Shown piece after piece: positions 40,867-54,711 of a stretch of 64,000 nucleotides of DNA. The stretch is from Eledone cirrhosa. Lineage: Eukaryota. Numbering within the stretch: the stretch's first letter is position 1; every line of letters starts with the position of its first letter. The translations under genes and the position numbers were made by a program. The stretch is taken from contig OZ024742.1 in NCBI GenBank assembly GCA_964016885.1, positions 13,764,001-13,828,000 of the forward strand. The letters are read 5' to 3'. The notes under the pieces are model-generated. The model worked only from the letters and a program-made list of their open reading frames with translations, had not been told where the DNA came from and did not search any database.

Positions 40867-42480
40867 TATACAGACACATACATTTACAGACACATACATA
40901 TACACACACATATATATACAGACATATATATGCAGACACATACATATATATACACACAAACATATACAGACACATACATATACAGACACATATATATATA
41001 CAGACACATATATATATATACAGACACATACATATACAGACACATACATATAGACACACACATATACATACACACACATACACACACATATACATACACA
41101 CACATATACACACACATACATATACATACACATACATATACACACACATACATATACATACACATACATATACATACACACACATATACAAACATACACA
41201 TACATATACATACACACAAACATATACATACACACACATACACACACATACTCACACATATACATATATATACACATACATACACATACATACACATACC
41301 TACACACATACCTACACACATATACATACACACACATATACACTCATACATATACATACACATACACTTACACATGAATACACATGTACATACATACACA
41401 ATGCACACGTCTACAACCATGTGTAACTATAAACACACACATGTACACTCACATACACATGCATACACAATGCATTTATCTACAAACGTGTGTATAACTG
41501 TAAATACACACATACACACATATACACACATACACACATATACACATATACACACATATACACACATATACACACATATACACACATACACACATATACA
41601 CACATATACACATATACACACATATACACACCTATACACACATATACACACATATACACACATATACACATATACACACATACACACATATACACACATA
41701 TACACATATACACACATATACACACATACACACATATACACACATATACACATATACACACATATACACACATATACACACATACACACATATACACACA
41801 TACACACATATACACATATACACACATATACACACATATACACACATATACACACATACACACATATACACACATATACACATATACACACATATACACA
41901 TATACACACATATACACATATACACACATACACACATATACACACATATACACATATACACACATATACACATATACACACATATACACACATACACACA
42001 TATACACATATACACATATACACACATATACACATATACACACATATACACATATACACACATATACACATATACACACATATACACACATACACACATA
42101 TACACACATATACACATATACACACATACACATATACACACATATACACATATACACACATATACACACATATACACACATATACACATATACACATATA
42201 CACACATATACACATATACACACATACACACATACACACATATACACACATATACACACATATACACATATACACATATATACACACATATACACACATA
42301 TACACATATACACATATACACACATATACACACATATACACATATACACACATATACACATATACACACATATACACACATATACACACATATACACATA
42401 TACACATATACACACATATACACACCTATACACACATATACACACACATACAATCACACATGCACATACATACACTCGTG
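38388..42480. repeat. Compound (CA)/(TA) satellite with variable short units
   Basis: Visible; generates the spurious 1026-aa and 1404-aa ORFs. Confidence 0.95.
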
Positions 42481-43193
42481 CACGTACATACACGCACCCA
42501 CGCATCTACACGCATGTGTGTAAGTCTACACACCAGAGAGATGTGTACACCGGTAGAACCATTGAAGCTAACATTGACTATCAATGACGGAGGGTAAAAT
42601 TAATTAATCCTGCTCTATAATTAGACAGAGTGACTGTCTAATTAATTATTTCCTTCTCTCTATCAGCTGCAGGATAATCTGGTATCATCTCCACCAGAAC
42701 TGACCAGAATCCCCCCCTACACCCCATGCTGCCCCCCCCCCCCCCCACACACACACACACACACCCACACCTCCACCCATCCACACGCCAGGAACTACAC
42801 CATTCTCTATCTGTTATTATAACACTATTTCCCAGATCCCGCAAGAAATAATCCCAGCCCACCTCTCCACCCCCACCAAATCTTTCTCACAGGAATCACC
42901 AATCTCTAGGATTCATCTACCCCCTCCCCACCTCCCCCAACAGACAAACCACAATTGCAAATCACTGGAATTATTTCACACCCCATCCCACCCCCACCTG
43001 GTTAGTTCTTTCGTTACTTTGGTATTGTGTGTTGGATTTTGCCTACCACAATGTTCAATTTGTCAAGCTATTTAAACGTATGTTATTACTCTCAGGATCT
43101 ACCTTGTCGAGTGCTTTGCTAACTCATTCATATAGTAGGTCGAATTTGCTTGCACATCGCCAAAGATTCGATTTTACTAAGCATCCAATTATA

Positions 43194-43348
<155 letters not shown>

Positions 43349-43517
43349 AAATTAGCGAGAATCGAATTTCAGCTCAGGAATTAACGAAAAACACTTCCGA
43401 GTTGTGTGGCAAGCGCTCGATAATTCATATGAATTAGAGCTACAACATACGTTAAAGGCCAAACACACTGAGATGGTGGTTAAACTAATCATCCGCACAG
43501 CGAAAGAAACGATCAAG

Positions 43518-43577
<60 letters not shown>

Positions 43578-43936
43578 CTGCTACTTCTATTAGCCAACTA
43601 ACAGAGAAAGAAGGACAAACACGGACAGTGATATGAACTCCCCTTTCAAAATATGTATGTAAAAATTAATAATTTTTCTTCCCCTTTTTATTATTATTAT
43701 TATTTGTATAAATAGGGAGCTTAACCATATTATGCATATCTGCAGTTGACAATGCATATAATGCTGAAACCGGTACACTTATTAAATGTGGAAATATCCT
43801 CTTTATAAATAGATAAATGTTTTGATATTTCTCTGAAAGAATCTCTTCAGCATTTTCTAATTTTCTACTGAAAAAATATTTTTCCTTTCTACTATTTGTT
43901 TTTATATATATCAACTAGTGTGTTACATTTCTACAT

Positions 43937-44022
<86 letters not shown>

Positions 44023-44229
44023 TGCTGTATAAAGTTTCATTCAATTAACAGTAATGGCCATAGCTGGACCCTGAAACCAATGGTACCACATACATGTTAA
44101 GTGTATGAGACTTTGTTGGCTCTAACTAAGCTCTCTTCCAACAGATTGAGCACTGCTTTCCTTGATCTTGATTCCTACACGCACATACATTCACACACAC
44201 GTGTGTATGTGTAAATATATATATTTATA

Positions 44230-44838
44230 TGTCGAGTCACTCTTGGGTGCTACTAGTAGCATGTAACACAGTACAACGTGTCGCATAGTCGGGTCGTCGG
44301 CTACTAAACCGGCAACCCCACCAAGTTTACTTGGTGAGGAGTGTGATTTTCGACACCCTGCAGGACAAAAAACAAAACCTGACAATGGGCGGAAGAAGTC
44401 ATAAGAGTCAACGGCCATCCAAAAGATGTGTAAATATGTATATATGTACATATATATATGTATATGTATATGCATGGGTGCACATGTGTGTGTATATGCG
44501 CGGGGACATAGAAATGATCGGGCTGGATACCCGATCACGCGGTTAAACCACTGGGAGTGAAGGACCCCTAGTCTTTGTCAGGGCATTCTTCTAGGAGAAG
44601 GCAACTCACGAAACTGGGATATCTCCGACATAAAACCTGCGGCTCAGTAGTTACCGATGATGTTGATCTTTTCTTCTTTTCGGGTTATAGCTACTGTCGC
44701 TCAGAGGGATTGGCTCAGTGCACAGTCTTTTCTAACTTTAAAAAAGTCATTGCACAGTCATTGCACGATAGAATTAATTATTATTAATAATGTTATATTG
44801 TGCAATGGCCATACTCGATAACGAGGGGGCAGCCATCA
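44230..44838 (+). mobile_element. Non-autonomous RTE-like retroelement, family B
   Basis: 5' part resembles 21106-21300; 3' part is nearly identical to 54390-54685; ends GGCAGCCATCAT followed by (AT)n. Confidence 0.6.
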
Positions 44839-45064
44839 TATATATATATATATTAAAATAACCGATTAAAGTTTAAGCAAAGAATCGGTGCTTTCAATCT
44901 TAACGGTATCTTCTGAAACTAAAAAAAGAATCAATCTGTAAACGCAGAAGTAAATACTTCGAAAAACGTTGCAGCCGAAGGAAAATAGGTTCTTATATAT
45001 TTGATATATATTTATCCTTATTAAGCCCTCTTTGGATTTTAGTCTTCACATTTATTATTATTAC

Positions 45065-45180
<116 letters not shown>

Positions 45181-45879
45181 TATAAAGAAAGATCTCAGGC
45201 GTAGAAATTCTTTAAAGATAGCTTATAAAATAGGTTGAACGCCCTTAAAAGATAGGAAAAGAATTTGCCATCATAACCGAAGTTTTATAGAAATTTATAA
45301 AAATCTTATAAAAATGTTTGCATTTTACACTTTTTAATGTAGAGCCTGTCTCAAATAATGACATCGCTGATTCTACTATAAGGAAGCTTTTCAACTGGTT
45401 TTATAACATTAAAAATTAAGGAAGAAATCATGTGTTATATCGGTTAGTCCCTATCACACCAAATATTTAGAACTATAGCTCACTGTGTATTTGTTAAGTA
45501 CCCTCGGGTCTCCAATAATCGCCACCTCGCATATTAATTTTTCAGATCCCCCCACCCCCGCTCTTATTCCAACCTACCACCACCATCACTTATTAAATGT
45601 CGTTAATCTATCCCTGGCGAAATGTTATTGTAAGTGGTAGCATTCCTGCGACAATTAATTTTCTTTAGACATTAAAACACCATTATACATGACAAAAAAA
45701 AGAACATTATTAGAACTCCCAAACGTTAAGATAAACTAGCAGAAAAACCACTCCTATGGTGGTTTTCTGCTAGCATGTGTAGTGTGTATATTGATATTAT
45801 ACGCATGTAGATATGATACATCAAATAAAATCGTAATTGACAATATACACAGAAATTGAACGAAGACTGCGTTATATAA

Positions 45880-47619
45880 CACCGTGTAACAAAAAAAAAA
45901 ATTTTCTCTGTTCCTGGCTTGTAATTACTTTTTTGTGTTGCTTAGGTCCCAAATAAATAAATAAAAACTGCTGTTAAACAGTTAAAAGTTTGGGTTTGTA
46001 AAAATTCTAAGCTATTCACTAGAATTATTTGTATGCTGGATTTTACGTTGTATGTTTAATTTGCTTATGTTAAATGATTTGTTTATATATGTTTCAGGTT
46101 AAATTAAAATTATAAAATAAAGAGTAATACCTAAAGAAAATTATAAAAGTGCAATAAAGTATAAACTTGTTAAAAAGTGGATTAAAGAGATTTATTGATA
46201 CTGGAATTTCGCCCTCTGAATAAAGGGTAAGTTGTGTTTTAAGCATTCGTCTCCAGGATGAAGCAGTGGAACTTGGTCAAGGAGGAAGTGCAGGTGACAA
46301 GTCAGAGAAGTCGACACGAACCTTTCTCAGGCTTTTACACTCCTAGGGATGGCCTCTGCTTCTGCCATGACGTGCCTGGACTGTTTGACGTTATCGTGGT
46401 GCCGTTTGTGCCCAAGGAGTGGCGGCTATTTATAGACAGCTCCACCACAAGTTTGAAGGCTGTCCTCCTCCACAATGGAAACAAGTTTCCGACACTGCCC
46501 CTAGCTCATTCAGTCTGCCTGAAGGAAGATTACTACTGTGTGAAAGTCCTCTTGGAAGCTCTGTAATACAACCAGTACAATTGGGAAATCATTGGAGACT
46601 TCAAAATGGTGGCTTTCCTGCTTGGACTCCAAGGAGGCTTTATCAAATTCCAATGCTCCTCTGCTTTTGGGACAGAAGAGCCACCTCTGACCACTACAAA
46701 AGAAAGAACTGGGAGCAGCGAACAGAATGTGTAGTTGGGACCCGGAACGTCATGTGGGAGCCACTGGTTGATCCCAGGATTGTGCTCATGCCGCCACTGC
46801 ACATTAAGTTGGGGTTGATGAAGCAGTTTGTGAAGGCTGTCAACCAAGAATCAGCCGCTTTTAAGTACCTTCTTGAGTTCTTCCCCAAGTTATCTGAGGC
46901 TAAAATCAAAGGTGGAATTTTTGTTGGACCTCAGATAAAGAAGGTGTTTGAGTCTATCGAGTTCTCCAATAAGCTCAATAGGATTGATAGAACAGCATGG
47001 AACTGTTTCAAGGCAGTTGTTAAGGGCTTCCTGGGCAACTACAGAACTGAAAACTACCAGCAACTGGTGCAGGATCTGATAAAGGCTTTTGGCGCCATGG
47101 GATGCAGGATGTCGCTTAAACTCCATATGCTGGACGCTCACCTGGAAAAATTCAAGGACAATATGGGCGCCTACTCAGAAGAACAAGGCGAACGATTCTA
47201 CTAAGATGTGAAAGAGATAGAGCGGAGGTACCAGGACCACTACAATAAAAAAAAATGATGGGGGACTATATCTGGGGCTAGTGCGGGAATGCGACCTGGA
47301 CTACAACCGCAAATCCAGGAAATCCAGTCATTTCTGACGTGTATAAATTGCTTTATAAGTGTTATTTGTTTTTACTTGTTTGCTTTTGATAAGCTTGTGT
47401 AATAAAATAAATATATACTCCATTGATTTAATTATATGAACTGCTAAATTTTTTTTAAATGTGTTTTTTCTTGAAAAATATGAAAATTTCGAAATAACAA
47501 ACTCCTGACCACAAACCCAAAGTTCTGATTAAATAATAGTGTTTTTTTAATAATAATGGGATATAACAAACCATGAAATGACACTTAGAACCGGGGAACC
47601 AAAAATATGTTACACGGTG
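45880..47619 (+). mobile_element. Chapaev3-type (CMC superfamily) DNA transposon, internally deleted
   Basis: TIRs CACCGTGTAACA / TGTTACACGGTG, 3-bp TAA TSD on both sides, transposase remnants inside. Confidence 0.85.
46258..47337 (+). pseudogene. Chapaev3-like transposase, C-terminal part, disabled
   Basis: EWRLFIDSS..SLKAVLLHNGN, PPLHIKLGLMKQFVKA, KLSEAKIKGGIFVGPQI, MSLKLHMLDAH, SEEQGERF; stops at 46564 and 47202, frameshift near 46655. Confidence 0.88.
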
Positions 47620-48395
47620 TAATCAGTAACGTAATCCATGATAAATTTTAAAAAAGAGACGATACCTTATATATATTTGTGAAATGGGCGGTGGTTGAAA
47701 TTCAGATGTGCACGGTTAAATGGTAGTAGACGTGGTCGGACGGACATGGAAATTTACACACCTATGTAAAAAGTGCCAAGGAAGCAAATAGACGAGGTTT
47801 CAAATCTCTAACTTGAAAAATGTGGTCCCTGGGGCCCCAAAACTATCGCGTTCGGTGAGTTATTCCCCCTGTTCTAATACTAACTCATCAATTTATTTCG
47901 CTGCGTTCTTTCGCTGTTAACATACAGTACCATTTTACGAAATGCCAATCCGAAAACGGTCACTGTTTTCCATCAAAAGATATAAAACCCTTAAAATGCG
48001 AAGAAGGAGTCATGTTCTCAAGTACGTTTTTTCAGATATCATTTTCATTTTATTTCTAATACATGTTAACCACCACTAACAGTAAATAGTATTTTTCGAT
48101 TCATTGTCTTATTTAAAATAACATATCAAAGGCAACGTTATTTCGCTGTTAATCAACTTTTGGCTACTACGGTACGTTTCATTTTCATTTTTAAAATACA
48201 ATTGCTCTATATTAAATTTAAATAATTCTATAACGATCATACAGTACTGTTTTATGAAATCGATTCTGCAGTAGAATGTTACGAAATGCCAAAACGAAAA
48301 AGGTCACTGTTTTCTAACAAAAGAATAAAACCCTTACATTGCGAACCCCCTGTTCTAATACTGGGGTTAGTTATTTCCCACTCTTCTAATACATA

Positions 48396-49688
48396 TCTAA
48401 TATATAGAGACCCCTCTTGCTGACCAGGGCAATCAAAGTGTAAACTATCATACAGTATTGTTCATGAAATCAATTCTGCAGTACCATTTTACGAAATGCC
48501 AAACCGAAAACAGTCACTGTTTTCCATCAAAAGAAATAAAACCCTTAAATTGCGAAGAAGGGAGTCATGTTCTCAAGTACGTTTTTTCAGATATCATTTT
48601 CATTTTATTTCTAATACATGTTAACCACCACTAACAGTAAGTAGTATTTTTCAAATCATTGTCTTATTTAAAATAACATATCAAAGACAACGTTATTTCG
48701 CTGTTAATAAACTTTTGGCTACTACAAGCTTCCATGGTTACGGAGAAAATCGATGAAACAGGAATTTCCCATTCAAATTGAACTGAGAGTAATCTGTGAA
48801 CGCAGAAGTAAATATTTCGAGAAACGTTGCAACCGAACGAAAACAGGAAGACGATATTTTGGTTCGTGAAGACGTTCCCTGGCAATGAACGGAAAAAAAG
48901 CGAGGATAATACGTCGTTATGTGGAACGTGAAGAACAATTTCATGCAAAGACAAGACCAAGTTTATGGTATAAATGGAGTCGTTAGACTAATATTCTATT
49001 TAAAGTAACAGAATGATTTCCAACCCCGGAGTTTAAGAATGATGTAAATAAAATTGAAAACGAAAATGACAGAGGTCATTAAAATAGTAAAAATAAATTG
49101 TGAAGATTTAGGCCAGTACATACGTATGCCCCGACGGACATACACATACATACGCACACACAAATGCATACACACCCCCCACACACACACATACGCACAC
49201 ACAAATACATACCCCCCCCCACACACACACACACACACGAACGCACGCGCGTATGTATAAATTTATGCATTTCTACAGTATTTTCACCAAACTTAAGACA
49301 TAGGTTACTTATGTACTCCGGATGGTCATGGGCACTTTCATTTTTCCAGATATTGATTATAGGGCCTCCCGGCAGATAACCATTTTAACCACTTCCTTGG
49401 AGTCGACTGAAGCACTGTAGTGCAATGCAACAAAACGTCATAACTTCTGGAGTTCGCAACCGATTTTCACAAAACTTGACACAGGGGCTACGTTTGTCCT
49501 ACAGATGAATGTGAACTCTCAGAATTGGCACATATTGAGTAGGGGACCCCTGGGGGGCAGGAACCCCCTTTTGGAAATACCCGATGATTTTGTAAAAGTA
49601 TACTTTTCGAAGCAGCACTGAAGTATTGACATAAATGGTATACACAACTGCTATTTAATATCCGAGAAACGCCGGGTACCTCTGCTAG
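48396..49688 (+). mobile_element. Non-autonomous Helitron-like element (5' boundary uncertain)
   Basis: 3' end TCCGAGAAACGCCGGGTACCTCTGCTAG|T resembles the 9438 terminus; candidate 5' end A|TCTAATATATAG. Segments of 47925-48345 are duplicated inside it. Confidence 0.55.
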
Positions 49689-50607
49689 TTATATATAAAC
49701 TGCATTAGGAGAAAATTAGTGACGGAAATATATGAATGTTTATTTAAGCGATTGCTAAACGGAAGTGTTGACATTTGAAAATTTTAAAGAAGTGAATCTT
49801 AAAATAAGCCACAAAATTATTTATATTTAATCAAGAATAACGAAATTTAGTAGATAAATTATGTAATATTCATTCATTATTTATTCAAAGTAATCCAACT
49901 TATTTTACAAACGGGATAAAAAAAATATATTCTGGACGCAGTCCCGCACTCCTTACTTTATTATAGTTTAGATAGGATGGACTGGGGCCTCATTATGTCA
50001 GGCCAGAACGCTAACAAATTTCAAATATATTAGTCAACTATTGAAAATCATTTCTAGGAATTGACTTATGTTTCAGTTACATTTAAGACAGTAGATTAAA
50101 CAATAGATTAGGTATTAGGATTGGTGCTCTGGAATAGCGGTGTATATATGAATGTATGTATAGTGTATTTGGTAATATACCGTATGTTTAATTAAAAACA
50201 TTTAGAAGACCTTACGCTATCAGTTTTTAAATAGTGTCAATCCCCCAAACTATAGCGACTGATTCATCTTTCAAAATTCTATCGATCTTTCTACAATAGC
50301 CAGGTACCGAGTAAAGGCGGCGGCGGCGCCTACTTACAGATTTCTTTAATGTTTATATCATTAAACTGTAGTTAGAAGCATAAACTCTTCTATTAAATGT
50401 GGCATTCTGTATTGTGTAATGACTGTACTTTATGAAAGGATGTGCTAAACCTGAGTAACTTTGATGAGCAGCAGTAACCTTATAAACTTTCATGTACATG
50501 TGTGGTATGTATGTGGATATGTGTGTGTATGTGTGTATATGTATATATGTGTCTGTGTGTGTATGCGTATATAAATAAATGTGTGTATGCATAAATAAGT
50601 GTATGTG

Positions 50608-50663
<56 letters not shown>

Positions 50664-50777
50664 TAAGAGGAATTCCAACTTTGTCTGATTTACTCGTTTT
50701 ATTTACAATCCTTTAAAATATATATAATGGTATTATAATGAAATAGTATGATAGAATATTAAATTCTAAGTGTTAAT

Positions 50778-50816
50778 TGAACAAGTACTTTCATGCTTTC
50801 GCAATCTTCAGGTTCA
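50778..50816 (-). ncRNA. Minimal type I hammerhead ribozyme (in the inverted pLTR)
   Basis: Exact reverse complement of 54152-54190. Confidence 0.8.
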
Positions 50817-51122
50817 TGATATGTGGTGACAGTCGAGTTTGCAATTTTCAACTGTAATGAGATGGGTAAATTTCCTACCTTTTATACATTTTATACAGAG
50901 AAAAGTGGCTCCAGAATGCAAAGCCCTGTAAACTGTATTTCGACCAATCAGTGTGTAGTTTCACTGAATTACTACAGCTGATTGGTTTAAGCGTCACGGC
51001 TGGTTGAGCATGCTAACGACCAATAGTCATACCCAACGTATCAATTGTTTTGCTTTTTGAAATGATGAAAATAGCATTTTCTATTAATCATCACCATCAA
51101 CATCACTTTTATTATTATTATT

Positions 51123-51161
<39 letters not shown>

Positions 51162-51710
51162 AGTGGTCGTGGTCATAGTGGTAGTAGAAGTAATACCCCT
51201 AGGCGTTATTATTGTTCATTTAGCTTGGGTTTGAATTTATCAATAAAATTCTTTTCTTTGATTTTTCTCTTGATTTCACTTGGGCTGTGTAATTTGTAGA
51301 ATGGGAATATTATAAATATTCCCTGACCACATGTTGCCAGGTGGCCGCTTAGGGGTATCTGACGGACATTTGGGTCTCTGATTTGTTGACGGTGTACCCG
51401 TGCACGTTCCGATAGTGCATTTCCAGTTTGACCGACATATAGTTCTTCACAATTCGGGCATTTAATGCAGTAAATTAGATTTCTGCTTTTGCAGTTCATA
51501 TTTGCATTTGGGAATATTTTTCCAGTTTTTGTTTTCATATATTGACCGGCGTGTATGGATTGACATGTGCCGCATCGATTATCATTGCATTTAGATACAG
51601 TGAATGATTGGTCTTTGTTGTTAAGGCCAAACTTTGCTTTTGTTATCATTTTGTATACGTTTAAGTGCAGACATTTCTGATTTGTTAATGTTTGGCCTAA
51701 CATTAGTATT

Positions 51711-53768
51711 ATGTCTAAGAGGAAATTTAGACAGAATAAATCAAATTTCACTCCGCCAAAAGGAAGAAATATCTATCTCGACCAATACATTGACATCCTG
51801 TCTAAATTTCCTCTTAGACATAATACTAATGTTAGGCCAAACATTAACAAATCAGAAATGTCTGCACTTAAACGTATACAAAATGATAAAACAATAATAA
51901 TTAAACAAGCAGATAAAGGGGGTGCAGTTGTTATAATGGATACTGAATACTACAAGGATTTGGTTGAGGAACAACTGAAAGACACAACATTCTATCATGA
52001 AATACCGTCAAATATAGACCACAACATCATGAAGAAGATCAACAACCTGGCTTCAAAATACCACAACTCATTTACTGATAAGGAAAGAGACTACATCACC
52101 AATTTTGAGCCGAAACCCAGCAACCTGTATGGCCTACCGAAAGTTCACAAGTCAAAAGAAATACAACTCGCAGTAAGAGAACAAAACAGTGAGTACATTA
52201 AATTATTACACCCAAAAGACTTAACACTTAGACCTATTATAGCTGGTCCAACATGCCCCACTCACCGTCTAAGCAATTTTGTTGACATTATTTTGAAACC
52301 ACTATGTATTCACATACCCAGTTTCATCCGGGATGATATCGACTTCCTGTCCCATCTTCCCAAAACCACGGAAACGAATTCACTTCTACTCAGTTTTGAT
52401 GTGGTAAGCCTTTACACCAACATTACACATGATTTAGGAATAAAGGCGGTTAAATACTGGGTGGAAAAACACATAGAAGTGATTCCCATTAGATTCACAG
52501 CGCCATTTATATTAGACGCAGTTAAACTTATTCTGGAAAACAATACTTTCTTCTTCAATGGAAAGAATTACATCCAAATTAGAGGCACAGCGATGAGAAC
52601 GAAGTTTGCTCCCGTTTACGCGAACTCTGTAATGGGATACTTAGAACAACAACTCTACCAAGAAATAGAGGAAAAATATAGTGCTGACTTTAGAAAGTAC
52701 ATTGAAAAATCTTGGAAGAGATACCTTGACGACTGTTTCATCATCTGGACAGAATCTCTAGATACTCTGGATGAGTTCAATATCCTCCTGAATAACCTAC
52801 ACCCATCTCTCCAATTCACAAAAGAGATGAGTAGGACCAAATTACCATTCCTAGATATAATGATAATCAAAAACGACACCACCATTACCACGGATATATA
52901 TTATAAACACACAGACATCCATCAATATCTGAATTTTAAGTTGTGCCATCCACCTCATACAAAACGCAACATCCCATACTGCCTGGCCAGAAGAATTTGT
53001 ACCATTGTAGAAGATACGAATACCAAGTACAAACGCCTAACAGAACTAAGAGAATTTTTGCTCAAACAAAAATACCCATCTCTACTTATAGAAAATGGCA
53101 TACAGCGGGCTATAAAAATACCTATACAACAACTTAGAACAACCGAAGGAAGAAGAAACCAAGAACTGGTCATACCATTTATAATGACACACAACCCATG
53201 TCACCAGAATATATTCAACACTGCCAAAGCAAACCTACCGATCATTGCTCAAAGTAATGAATTAAAAGGCTTAATCACAGATCGAACTTTGACTCTTAGT
53301 AAAAGACAGCCAAAAAATTTGAAGCAATTGCTAACAAAAGCAAAGTTTGACCTTAACAACAAAGACCAATCATTCACTGTATCTAAATGCAATGATAATC
53401 GATGCGGCACATGTCAATCCATACACGCCGGTCAATATATGAAAACAAAAACTGGAAAAATATTCCCAAATGCAAATATGAACTGCAAAAGCAGAAATCT
53501 AATTTACTGCATTAAATGCCCGAATTGTGAAGAACTATATGTCGGTCAAACTGGAAATGCACTATCGGAACGTGCACGGGTACACCGTCAACAAATCAGA
53601 GACCCAAATGTCCGTCAGATACCCCTAAGCGGCCACCTGGCAACATGTGGTCAGGGAATATTTATAATATTCCCATTCTACAAATTACACAGCCCAAGTG
53701 AAATCAAGAGAAAAATCAAAGAAAAGAATTTTATTGATAAACTCAAACCCAAGCTAAATGAACAATAA
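51711..53768 (+). CDS. PLE polyprotein: reverse transcriptase + thumb + Cys-rich linker + GIY-YIG endonuclease (5'-truncated)
   Basis: ADKGGAVVIM, YGLPKVHK, LRPII, FDVVSLYT, GTAM, WKRYLDD, LPFLD, CxxxxCxxC, NLIY..CxxC...YVGQTG. Confidence 0.93.
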   Translation: MSKRKFRQNKSNFTPPKGRNIYLDQYIDILSKFPLRHNTNVRPNINKSEMSALKRIQNDKTIIIKQADKGGAVVIMDTEYYKDLVEEQLKDTTFYHEIPSNIDHNIMKKINNLASKYHNSFTDKERDYITNFEPKPSNLYGLPKVHKSKEIQLAVREQNSEYIKLLHPKDLTLRPIIAGPTCPTHRLSNFVDIILKPLCIHIPSFIRDDIDFLSHLPKTTETNSLLLSFDVVSLYTNITHDLGIKAVKYWVEKHIEVIPIRFTAPFILDAVKLILENNTFFFNGKNYIQIRGTAMRTKFAPVYANSVMGYLEQQLYQEIEEKYSADFRKYIEKSWKRYLDDCFIIWTESLDTLDEFNILLNNLHPSLQFTKEMSRTKLPFLDIMIIKNDTTITTDIYYKHTDIHQYLNFKLCHPPHTKRNIPYCLARRICTIVEDTNTKYKRLTELREFLLKQKYPSLLIENGIQRAIKIPIQQLRTTEGRRNQELVIPFIMTHNPCHQNIFNTAKANLPIIAQSNELKGLITDRTLTLSKRQPKNLKQLLTKAKFDLNNKDQSFTVSKCNDNRCGTCQSIHAGQYMKTKTGKIFPNANMNCKSRNLIYCIKCPNCEELYVGQTGNALSERARVHRQQIRDPNVRQIPLSGHLATCGQGIFIIFPFYKLHSPSEIKRKIKEKNFIDKLKPKLNEQ

Positions 53769-54151
53769 TAACGCCTAGGGGTATTACTTCTACTACCACT
53801 ATGACCACGACCACTAACAACAACAACAACAACAACAACAACAATAATAATAATAATAAAAGTGATGTTGATGGTGATGATTAATAGAAAATGCTATTTT
53901 CATCATTTCAAAAAGCAAAACAATTGATACGTTGGGTATGACTATTGGTCGTTAGCATGCTCAACCAGCCGTGACGCTTAAACCAATCAGCTGTAGTAAT
54001 TCAGTGAAACTACACACTGATTGGTCGAAATACAGTTTACAGGGCTTTGCATTCTGGAGCCACTTTTCTCTGTATAAAATGTATAAAAGGTAGGAAATTT
54101 ACCTATCTCATTACAGTTGAAAATTGCAAATTCGACTGTCACCACATATCA

Positions 54152-54190
54152 TGAACCTGAAGATTGCGAAAGCATGAAAGTACTTGTTCA
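54152..54190 (+). ncRNA. Minimal type I hammerhead ribozyme in the PLE 3' pLTR
   Basis: TGAAC-CTGAAGA-TTGC GAAA GCAT-GAAA-GTAC-TT-GTTCA; stem III lies within the palindrome AAGTACTT. Confidence 0.8.
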
Positions 54191-54354
54191 ATTAACACTT
54201 AGAATTTAATATTCTATCATACTATTTCATTATAATACCATTATATATATTTTAAAGGATTGTAAATAAAACGAGTAAATCAGACAAAGTTGGAATTCCT
54301 CTTATTAATATAATCTTCTATACACAATCATACACACCCGTGTATATTTACCTA

Positions 54355-54389
<35 letters not shown>

Positions 54390-54685
54390 CTGGGAGTGAA
54401 GGACCCCTAGCCTTTGTCAGGGCATTCTTCTAGGAGAAGGCAACTCAGGAAACTGGGATAACTCCGACATAAAACCTGCGGCTCAGTAGTTACCGATGAT
54501 GTTGATCTTTTCTTCTTTTCGGGTTATAGCTACTGTCGCTCAGAAAGTGGGATTGGCTCAGTGCACAGTCTTTCCTCACGCACATATCTTCACGCACAGG
54601 CATTGCACGGTAGAATTAATTAATAATTATTAATAATGGTATATCCTGCAATGGCCATACTCGATAACGAGGGGGCAGCCATCAT
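54390..54685 (+). mobile_element. RTE-like non-autonomous element, family B, 5'-truncated
   Basis: Near identity to 44550-44838. Confidence 0.65.
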
Positions 54686-54711
54686 ATATATATGTATGTG
54701 TGTATATATAA

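Larger units (their letters stand above)
50656..54350 (+). mobile_element. Young Penelope-like retroelement (Cys-rich linker, Neptune-like) with an inverted 5' pLTR
   Basis: Long RT-EN ORF; 50656-51645 is an inverted copy of 53332-54312; (TA)n flanks. Confidence 0.95.

Noticed and set aside
38258-42597. Very long ORFs (1026 and 1404 aa)
   Set aside because: Translations of a CA/TA satellite that is open in most frames on both strands.
44880-44916. Additional hammerhead on the minus strand
   Set aside because: The core reads CAGAAGA and the stems are poor.
45737-45773. Small hairpin CTAGCAGAAAA..TTTTCTGCTAG as a terminator or ncRNA
   Set aside because: Isolated, with no supporting context.
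51209-51751. Independent GIY-YIG nuclease gene
   Set aside because: It is the inverted duplicate of the PLE 3' end fused to an inverted RT fragment.
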